DNA of 64,000 nucleotides from Alphaproteobacteria bacterium (GTDB lineage Bacteria; Pseudomonadota; Alphaproteobacteria; RUG11792): NCBI GenBank assembly GCA_017481035.1, contig JAFUQI010000060.1, positions 159 to 64,158 of the forward strand, read 5' to 3'. Shown piece by piece: positions 57,180 to 64,000 of this stretch (position 1 is its first letter; each line of letters starts with the position of its first letter). The notes under the pieces were generated by a model. It saw only the letters and a program-made list of their open reading frames with translations, ran no database searches and was not told where the DNA came from. The position numbers and the translations under genes were made by a program.

Positions 57180-58175
57180 TTAAAGTTGATCAATCTCTTT
57201 CTTTATCGATCTAACGGCTCTGTCTGCCTCGAATAAACACGGTATGATATTTTTCTTTTTGTTTTTATATGTTGCAACATCTCCTGCGGCATAGCAATTT
57301 TCAATTGATGTTTGCATTGTTTCAATATCGACATCTATAAGATGATTTATAACATTTAGTCCTATGGATTGCAACCCAAACATTGAACTTGGACATGCCG
57401 CGAACCCATAACTAAACAAAATATGATCAGCTTTAAACTGGTGTTCTTTGCCTTCTTTGTCTGTTGTTGTAACTAATCGCTCTGGGATATCTGCTATGTT
57501 TGTGATGTTATGATCTAACACTAACTTTAAGATTCCATCTTTGGCTAGTCTTTCGATATGTCCAACTTTCGAAGGTTCGCACGTAAACTTGTTGCGTCTA
57601 TGTATAATTGTTACACTCCTTGCTGTATTAGAAAGGTTTATCGCAAAGTCAACAGCTGAATCTCCACCACCTGCGACTATAACATCTTTGTTACTATAAA
57701 GGTCTTGTTTTAATCTACAGTGTTGCACAAAATCTGAAGAGATGCTATCAATGCCTTTTATTGTTGATGGAATGTTCGGTTTCATTTCTCCAATACCGGT
57801 TGTGACTATAATGTATTTCGAGCTTATTTTGATTTCCCTGCATTTTAAAGTATCTTGGATGTCTATGCTAAACAAGTCATCAATTTTTGAGATGTTAATT
57901 ACCTTGTGGTTATACAATATTTTTTCTTTGCTAACACACTGTGATGAAAATTTTTCGATAAATTTCTTTGCGATTTCACCATGAAAACCCGGAACTCCAT
58001 ACAGAGTTTTTTCTGGATACAGAGCTGCGCATTGTCCTCCAGTTATGTCTAATGCCTCAATTAAAGTGAAATCAATCGATAATAACCTACATATATACGA
58101 TGCATAGAGTCCTGCGACTCCTGCACCTATTATGCAAACATCTGAATATCCAGAGATATTTTTCGCAGATAACAT
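57180..58175 (-). CDS. Ferredoxin-NADP+ reductase, thioredoxin-reductase-like (YumC type)
   Basis: 331 aa. Has GAGVAGL, GGQCAALYPEKTLYGVPGF and GGGDSAVD, and lacks a CxxC redox pair. Confidence 0.7.
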   Translation of the reverse strand: MLSAKNISGYSDVCIIGAGVAGLYASYICRLLSIDFTLIEALDITGGQCAALYPEKTLYGVPGFHGEIAKKFIEKFSSQCVSKEKILYNHKVINISKIDDLFSIDIQDTLKCREIKISSKYIIVTTGIGEMKPNIPSTIKGIDSISSDFVQHCRLKQDLYSNKDVIVAGGGDSAVDFAINLSNTARSVTIIHRRNKFTCEPSKVGHIERLAKDGILKLVLDHNITNIADIPERLVTTTDKEGKEHQFKADHILFSYGFAACPSSMFGLQSIGLNVINHLIDVDIETMQTSIENCYAAGDVATYKNKKKNIIPCLFEADRAVRSIKKEIDQL

Positions 58176-58184
58176 ATATGACTT

Positions 58185-58463
58185 TTATTTATTTTCTCCG
58201 GTTGCCAACTTGACTTTTGCACACATTCTTGAGATCTTTCTGGATGCTGCATTTTTGTGAATGACGCGTTTTGCAACCCCGCGCATGATTTCCTTTTGCA
58301 TTTCTGAGAAAGCCTTCATAATGTTCTCTTTTGTTGCCTTTTCAGCTATAGCAGTTTCAAGCTTCTTTATGAAGGTTCTAATGCGGCTTAAACGACTGAT
58401 ATTGACAGCACGTTGTCTTTCTGATTTTCTTATGCTTTTCTTCGCTGATTCGTGAGAAGCCAT
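58185..58463 (-). CDS. rpsT: 30S ribosomal protein S20
   Basis: 92 aa. Starts MASHESAKKSIRKSERQRAVNISRLSRIRTFIKK. Confidence 0.9.
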   Translation of the reverse strand: MASHESAKKSIRKSERQRAVNISRLSRIRTFIKKLETAIAEKATKENIMKAFSEMQKEIMRGVAKRVIHKNAASRKISRMCAKVKLATGENK

Positions 58464-58562
58464 TTCTATTTTTTAAATAACAATTAACTAACTAGTATAT
58501 TAACACAAAGGCAACCAAAAGATCAATCTATTGATTTGTTTAGTATTAACAAGCTTTAAATA

Positions 58563-58599
58563 GTGGCGGCTGCAAGTATAATATCGTTGCAGCCGCCAC
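58563..58599. repeat. Perfect 12-bp-stem GC-rich hairpin (GTGGCGGCTGCA-N13-TGCAGCCGCCAC)
   Basis: Read directly. Lies upstream of rpsT and adjacent to the other repeat modules. Confidence 0.8.
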
Positions 58600-58607
58600 C
58601 TATCGGA

Positions 58608-58630
58608 CGCAATTGATAATATCAATTGCG
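58608..58630. repeat. Second copy of the 23-bp perfect palindrome (CGCAATTGATA-A-TATCAATTGCG)
   Basis: Read directly. The flanks 58631-58705 are the reverse complement of modules seen at about 44950-44985 and 45105-45185. Confidence 0.85.
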
Positions 58631-58705
58631 AACTATCAATATGACTATATATATTTTCAAAAAGGCTGTTCGCATTGTATCAATGAAGCATGCATAATGC
58701 TAGCT

Positions 58706-59042
58706 ATTGTATTGCGCATAAGCAGGCGGCGCAAAGCGCCATTTTCACGGCATGCTTAATGATTATAAAACGTTATATGATGCTTATTCTTTCATAAGCC
58801 GGCCGCGGAAAATACGCGCGGCGCGGCCGGCTTTAAATATCGTCTTATACCGATACGTATTAAACATTAAGTTTACATAATGTTATATATTATCAGTAAG
58901 AAACGATGTGATACTACAATACTTTTTCAAAAATAATATAGTAGTAGTCTTATATGTTTGTTTATATATAGTTGTTGTAGTACGGCTGTCGCGCTGCGAC
59001 CGAAACTGGTTCACTTCTTACGAAGTGAAGGTGGCTTAAGGT
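58706..59042 (-). repeat. Right copy of the composite repeat of about 337 bp (inverted partner of 2269-2605)
   Basis: See 2269-2605. The 61-aa ORF at 58962-59147 lies inside it and is probably not coding. Confidence 0.85.
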
Positions 59043-59134
59043 TTTGGTAACTTTATCACTATTTGTTGCGGCATATCGTTGTGAGGTGAATAGACGTGTT
59101 GTACGTGAAGATTTTATGCATATTTGATGAGCTT

Positions 59135-59731
59135 TTAATTTTTGCACTTATTAAGTTTGTTAGTTATTACTGAAACGGATATTATCTTGATAATATCAGA
59201 AAAAACAAAAGGTAAAAATCCAACTTGAAATGCAGCTTTTACGCCTATGAATTGACCTAACCAAATTGTTCCTATAGTTAATATTATAAATGAGAAAACA
59301 AAACCACTGAAAATTTTTGATAAAAAACTTGAGTTTATTTTGTTGAGCTTACATGCGATAAAAGTTGCCGGCAAAAATGCTAATATATATCCACCTTTTA
59401 CCCCAAGGATTGTACCAATTCCATAATAAAAATTTGAAAAAACAGGGAGACCAAGCATGCCCTCTACGAGATACATCGTAATAGACATTAATGCCATTTT
59501 TAATGGCAATGTACAAGCTATAAAAAATATAGCCGCTGTTTGCAATGTAAATGGAACTGGAAACCAAGGTATTGTTATTTGTGCTGATATTGCAATAAAC
59601 AATGAGGCAATAAACGATACTAATATGCAATTGCTTGATGATGCTAATTTTATATTCATAAAACTAATTTTTAATAACAGTAACAACAATATTGTATTCA
59701 ATAAGTTCATTTCGAGCAATACAAATAACAA
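59135..59731 (-). CDS. bioY: Biotin transporter BioY
   Basis: 198 aa. Contains ISAQITIPWFPVPFTLQTAAIFF...GMLGLPVF...GGYILAFLPA, typical of BioY. The true start may be an internal Met. Confidence 0.7.
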   Translation of the reverse strand: MLFVLLEMNLLNTILLLLLLKISFMNIKLASSSNCILVSFIASLFIAISAQITIPWFPVPFTLQTAAIFFIACTLPLKMALMSITMYLVEGMLGLPVFSNFYYGIGTILGVKGGYILAFLPATFIACKLNKINSSFLSKIFSGFVFSFIILTIGTIWLGQFIGVKAAFQVGFLPFVFSDIIKIISVSVITNKLNKCKN

Positions 59732-59900
59732 AAATTTGAATCACAAAATACATTCATATTTTGATAATCCCAATGGTTTTATAATTGCACGTATACATAA
59801 TGAAGCTGTTAAGTTCTAAAAAAAACTGTAACTTAAGGTGTGTAAGCACAGTGTTTGATATGATACAATTCATTATATTTTAATTTTTAGGAAAAGTTAT

Positions 59901-61142
59901 ATGTCGATTATAGCAAGCATTTTTGCACGTGAAATCTTTGATTCAAGAGGATATCCGACGATTGAAGCTGAGGTTGTATTGGAATCTGGAGCATCAGGTG
60001 CGGCTAGTGTTCCATCAGGTGCTTCTACTGGATCATTTGAGGCCGTTGAATTAAGGGATGGCGGAGAAAGAATATTGGGTAAAGGAGTACTTCAAGCTGT
60101 AAAGAATGTTAATGAGGTACTAGCTCCTAAACTGATAGGACTTGACGCATTAGACCAAACATTTATCGATAAGTTAATGATAGAAATTGATGGAACTGAA
60201 AATAAAGGCAAGTTAGGTGCTAACGCAATTTTAGCTGTAAGTTTAGCAATTGCAAGAGCTGCTTCTGATTTTTATAATATGCCGTTTTATAGGTATATTG
60301 GAGGACTAAGGTCATCGACATTTCCAAGGCCTATGATGAATATTTTGAACGGAGGCGCACACGCTGATAATAAAATTGATGTTCAGGAATTCATGATAGT
60401 TCCAGCAAAACAAAGTTCATTTAAAGATTACGTTGTAATATGTTCAACAATATATCACACATTGAAGAAAATCTTAAAAAACAAAGGATTAAATACAAAT
60501 GTAGGTGATGAAGGTGGTGTTGCTCCAGATCTTGGATCAACAAAAGAAGCTTTGGATTTAATAGTTGAAGCTATAAAAACGGCCGGATATAAACCAAATG
60601 AAGATGTTCAAATAGCATTGGATGTTGCTGCTTCTGAACTTTATAACGATGGTAGATATAACATTGAAGGAACGACAAAAAGTTCCGATGAAATGATTGA
60701 TTTTTATCATGATTTAATTAACAGTTATCCAATAGTTTCTATAGAGGATCCTTTTGCAGAAGAGGATTGGGATGGTTTTAAAACAATGAATGAAAGACTT
60801 GGAGATAAGGTTCAAATTGTTGGAGATGATTTATTTGTTACGAATCCCAAAAGACTTCAAAAAGGTATTGATAATAAATCAGCAAATGCAATTCTTATAA
60901 AATTAAATCAAATAGGAACTTTAACAGAAACCCTTGAGGCAATTAAATTAGCTCAAGAAAATAATTATAATGTTATTATATCGCATCGATCAGGAGAAAC
61001 CTGCGATACGACAATTTCCGATCTTTCCGTAGCTGTTGGTGCAAAATATATCAAAACAGGAGCTCCAGCAAGGGGAGAGAGAGTCGCAAAATATAACCAG
61101 CTTATAAGAATAGAAGAATTAGTAAATATATACAAAAAATAA
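59901..61142 (+). CDS. eno: Enolase
   Basis: 413 aa. Contains [24 protein letters not shown] and [18 protein letters not shown]. Confidence 0.95.
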   Translation: MSIIASIFAREIFDSRGYPTIEAEVVLESGASGAASVPSGASTGSFEAVELRDGGERILGKGVLQAVKNVNEVLAPKLIGLDALDQTFIDKLMIEIDGTENKGKLGANAILAVSLAIARAASDFYNMPFYRYIGGLRSSTFPRPMMNILNGGAHADNKIDVQEFMIVPAKQSSFKDYVVICSTIYHTLKKILKNKGLNTNVGDEGGVAPDLGSTKEALDLIVEAIKTAGYKPNEDVQIALDVAASELYNDGRYNIEGTTKSSDEMIDFYHDLINSYPIVSIEDPFAEEDWDGFKTMNERLGDKVQIVGDDLFVTNPKRLQKGIDNKSANAILIKLNQIGTLTETLEAIKLAQENNYNVIISHRSGETCDTTISDLSVAVGAKYIKTGAPARGERVAKYNQLIRIEELVNIYKK

Positions 61143-61150
61143 ATCAATTA

Positions 61151-61177
61151 AAAGCCACATTTTAATATTGTGGCTTT
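61151..61177. terminator. Bidirectional hairpin terminator between convergent eno and the pilB/gspE-like gene
   Basis: AAAGCCACA-ttttaatat-TGTGGCTTT with T/A runs on both sides. Confidence 0.6.
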
Positions 61178-62596
61178 TTAAGTATTATCCAATGTCAAAC
61201 CTAACATTATTTTTTGTTTCATGTCATCCTCAATGTTTTTAAAATCTGTGTTTTCTATCGCACATTGTAAAAGTTGAGTTCTGGACGCATTATTTGAAAT
61301 AAGTCCAGCTAATGCATTATTAATTTTTAGTATCTCGCATATAACCATCCTTCCTTTTTGACTAGCTTTTTTAACGAGCCTTTGAGATATAACAGATACT
61401 AGATTATCAGCAATCAAAGAATCAGAAATACCTAATTCTGTCAGCCTAGCAATAGCGCCTACACTGTCGTTTGAGTGTAATGTTGTGATAACAAGATGTC
61501 CAGTCATAGATGCACGTATTGCCATTTTCGCGGTTTCTTCATCTCTTATTTCTCCTATTAATATAACATCTGGATCCTGACGCAAGATAGAACGAACACC
61601 ATCAGCAAACTCTATTACACCGCGTCTTATTTCAGTTTGTCTAATTCCATGGATTTGATATTCTATAGGGTCTTCAAGAGTCATTATATTTCTTGTTACT
61701 TTATCCATAGTATCAAGCATTGCATATATTGATGTTGTCTTCCCAGATCCAGTTGGTCCGCAAAAAATTATTAATCCCTTTTGTAATTTTGCTATTTTTT
61801 TTAAATATAAAATCTGATCTTTTGAGAAGCCTAAATTATCAATAGAAATCATAGATTTGTTTTTATTAAGAATTCTGATAACTAAGTTTTCTCCGTGAAT
61901 TAATGGATGGGTCGATACTCTAAAATCTATACTCCCTCTTTGAAAATGACCTGACTGAGGCCGTCTAGTTTCTGATATGTCTAGGTTTGATAAAACTTTT
62001 ATCGATCTAGCAAGCACATCAAAACTAGATATATTATATGTTTTATAATTCTCTAAATCTCCATCAACCCTAAAGAACACATTAAATGTATCTTTTAATG
62101 GTGTAAGGTGTATGTCAGATGCTTGAAGTCTTATAGCATCAAAAATAATTTTTTGAAAAATATCAGGGTTATTTGATTCTATATCGGAAAAAGCTTTTAA
62201 TATGTTATTTCGAGTTGAAACAAAATATTTAACTTTTAAAGACCTAAATTCCTCTACACATAAAATAGAACCTTCAAATATCTTTAGATTTTCATAATCT
62301 ATAAATGGTGCAATAGCAACAAAAACATATTCGTTCGTTACGTTAAATGGTATTACACTGATCTCTTTAAATGATGCATAATCAACGCTATTTATAAACC
62401 TAAGGTTTGCCAGATCGTCAAATGGAAGTTCCTTATAATCTGCCCAAAGTATAGCTGTAGATCTTTCATCGATATTTAAATGAGATTCAAGCCCCTTAAC
62501 AAAATCACTTTTTGAGCGATCCCAATATTCTAAAAAAACATCAATTTTATCACTAGGGATCACTCCATTTTTAAATAGAAACTCTACAAATGACAT
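61178..62596 (-). CDS. GspE/PilB-family secretion ATPase (type II secretion / type IV pilus assembly ATPase)
   Basis: 472 aa. Has a T2SSE_N-like N-domain, Walker A GPTGSGKTT, DPDVILIGEIRDEETA, and His-box-like TGHLVITTLH. Confidence 0.8.
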   Translation of the reverse strand: MSFVEFLFKNGVIPSDKIDVFLEYWDRSKSDFVKGLESHLNIDERSTAILWADYKELPFDDLANLRFINSVDYASFKEISVIPFNVTNEYVFVAIAPFIDYENLKIFEGSILCVEEFRSLKVKYFVSTRNNILKAFSDIESNNPDIFQKIIFDAIRLQASDIHLTPLKDTFNVFFRVDGDLENYKTYNISSFDVLARSIKVLSNLDISETRRPQSGHFQRGSIDFRVSTHPLIHGENLVIRILNKNKSMISIDNLGFSKDQILYLKKIAKLQKGLIIFCGPTGSGKTTSIYAMLDTMDKVTRNIMTLEDPIEYQIHGIRQTEIRRGVIEFADGVRSILRQDPDVILIGEIRDEETAKMAIRASMTGHLVITTLHSNDSVGAIARLTELGISDSLIADNLVSVISQRLVKKASQKGRMVICEILKINNALAGLISNNASRTQLLQCAIENTDFKNIEDDMKQKIMLGLTLDNT

Positions 62597-62603
62597 TACA
62601 TTT

Positions 62604-62819
62604 TTATCTGCCGATAGTTATTGAGTATCCTAAATCAACAGCTATAGCGCATGCAAGTTGTGTCATGCGATCATCTGCAAAATCTTGGTCTAAAGCGTTT
62701 GCAACGTCGCTGTTATATATTCCAGGACATCCACGCTCTTGATCTTGCAAATCTCCTGCAGATACATCTTGACAAAAAAACAAACCGAGTAATGATAGAA
62801 CATTAAGTAACATTTTCAA
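62604..62819 (-). CDS. Small secreted protein, 7 nt upstream of the ATPase gene
   Basis: 71 aa. Has a Sec-type signal peptide (MKMLLNVLSLLGLFFCQDVSA), an acidic mature part and 2 Cys in the mature region. There is no prepilin G/FTLIE motif. Confidence 0.45.
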   Translation of the reverse strand: MKMLLNVLSLLGLFFCQDVSAGDLQDQERGCPGIYNSDVANALDQDFADDRMTQLACAIAVDLGYSITIGR

Positions 62820-63229
62820 AACCTTTCCTTATCTCTATATCTATAAGTTTACATACTAATTCTTAACAAAGTCTTAATTTTTTAAAAAATATGAAAAAAT
62901 TTATTTTTCGACCAAAAATATTAGTTATTTATGATAAGTGTTTGTCAATTTTAAATGAAACCGTATGTCTACTACTAATTTTTTTTGAAAAGTATTGCTG
63001 TGTCACATAACATAAATTGAATGAAATCAACGTATAAAATTAACTCCACTGTGAAATTAACTATACAAAACAACAGAAAAATAAGACAACTACGTATGGT
63101 TAACTTATACATTAACTTATACCACTCTTCTTTAATGCAATGTATCAATTTTGATTTCATATCAGTCACATTACTATCAGATTTATGCTATAATATTAAT
63201 GTAATGGCAATATTATTGAGATTAAAAAT

Positions 63230-64000
63230 ATGTTGTTTAGTACCAAAAGATCATTATTATGTATAAGCACTATAAGCTGTATGTCTTTATATGCATCTAT
63301 TATAGAAGTAGATAGTGATATAACTATAGGAAAGACTACTACAGGTAAAGAGGTAGCAACAGATCTAGAGAATAAAGCAGATTATAACTATTGGTTAGGT
63401 AAAACGTATGTGTTTAATAGAGATAAAGATAAGAATGGTAAATATTGGATAGCTACTAATACAGTAACTATTGATAAAGATTATACATTAAACTTAACAA
63501 CAATAGGATATTTTTATAATGATTATGTATTAAAATGTTGGAATACATTTACTAACAATGGTAATGTTATAATAGATGACTATGGTGTATTAGGTATTAA
63601 TAGTCATTATACTAGTATTAATAATGGTGCTATATATATTAATAATGGAGCATTAGGATTATTTGGTAGCACTCTAACTACTACAGGAACTATAACATTA
63701 ACAGATAGTAGTAGTATAGATATCAGGAATAATAGTACTCTAAATAATACAGGAACTATAGATATATCTAATATAACAGATCTATCTGAATGGTATAATG
63801 ATAATATATTTACTCTAGAAGGAGGATCTACCTTTATACTACCTAAGAGTATTACTAATAAGATTAAAACATCTAAATGGATTAATCCTATAACACTAAA
63901 TGGTACTGATAGTAAACCTGTTAATATAGTTATACCTGAAGATTGTAAATATATAACAGATATAGACAACAATAATAAAGATGCATTATTTAGTATAATA
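63230..64000 (+). CDS. N-terminal part of another member of the Asn/Gly-turn repeat protein family (partial, runs off the right edge)
   Basis: Not in the ORF track because no stop is reached. From ATG 63230 it translates as MLFSTKRSLLCISTISCMSLYASIIEV...TNNGNVIIDDYGVLGINSHYTSINNGAIYINNGALGLF...NNTGTIDISN...VNIVIPEDCKYITDIDNN and stays open to base 64000. The IPEDCKYI motif matches IPKECQYI and VPLDCTYL in 52067-53872. Confidence 0.7.
   Translation, partial: MLFSTKRSLLCISTISCMSLYASIIEVDSDITIGKTTTGKEVATDLENKADYNYWLGKTYVFNRDKDKNGKYWIATNTVTIDKDYTLNLTTIGYFYNDYVLKCWNTFTNNGNVIIDDYGVLGINSHYTSINNGAIYINNGALGLFGSTLTTTGTITLTDSSSIDIRNNSTLNNTGTIDISNITDLSEWYNDNIFTLEGGSTFILPKSITNKIKTSKWINPITLNGTDSKPVNIVIPEDCKYITDIDNNNKDALFSII

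Noticed and set aside
2269-59042. Composite transposon or genomic island delimited by the inverted 337-bp repeats
   Set aside because: The interior is ordinary core metabolism and information processing. There is no transposase or integrase, and the repeats are mosaics of modules found elsewhere. An inversion substrate is the more economical reading.
58962-59147. 61-aa ORF (and the 80-aa ORF at 44698-44940)
   Set aside because: Both lie inside dispersed repeat modules, and the same sequence occurs in the other orientation at 2269-2340. The coding appearance comes from the GC-rich repeat.
63607-63972. 121-aa minus-strand ORF near the right edge
   Set aside because: The opposite strand carries an open frame from 63230 with a signal peptide and family motifs. 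The minus ORF is Leu/Ile/Val low-complexity shadow.

Overview
The window is visibly AT-rich (GC not computed), gene-dense and mostly housekeeping. It looks like a reduced alphaproteobacterial genome of Rickettsiales/Holosporales-type intracellular lifestyle; this is an inference from remnant GTA head genes, a short RNase D, a YumC-type FNR, many 1-4 nt gene overlaps and several decaying genes. I support about 55 protein genes, including recN, lolD-rnc-lepB, mlaEF, ffh, lpxD-skp, lspA, tolB, ald, nusB-holC-tsaD, rplU-rpmA, pepF, tamB, priA, truB-rpsO, fabD-fabG-trxB-prfB, tkt, ndk-pgsA, accA, dapE, ruvA, iscS-iscU/A, rluB, uvrA, fnr, rpsT, bioY and eno, plus a pilB/gspE-like ATPase. There are two tRNAs (Pro-CGG, Cys-GCA). 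I saw no rRNA, transposase, integrase or CRISPR array.

The less ordinary content is:
1. A lineage-specific family of secreted Asn/Gly-turn (beta-helix-like) repeat proteins carrying a Cys-containing GIKF module. It occupies three loci, two of them cut by the window edges. The internal copy is split by a single in-frame TAA.
2. A 49-nt fixed-geometry upstream element, TTTATGGGAGT-N9-TTGACA-N17-TTAACA, sits in front of four unrelated genes: a 947-aa Cys-rich orphan, tkt, an outer-membrane beta-barrel gene and a GTA-like head-tail connector gene.
3. A modular family of GC-rich palindromic intergenic repeats. It includes a near-identical inverted pair of about 337 bp flanking roughly 56 kb, and a 23-bp perfect palindrome.
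4. Homopolymer-associated frameshifts: G8 in the OMP gene and A11 in tamB.
5. Reductive oddities: an IscU-IscA fusion, UvrA without its insertion domain, an orphan NuoH/HycD-like protein coupled to tolB where pal is expected, a TagF-like glycerophosphotransferase, a GTA g6/g7 remnant next to an M15 peptidase-like gene, and an orphan PilB/GspE ATPase.

All functional calls rest on motifs I recognised in the supplied translations. No database search was run.
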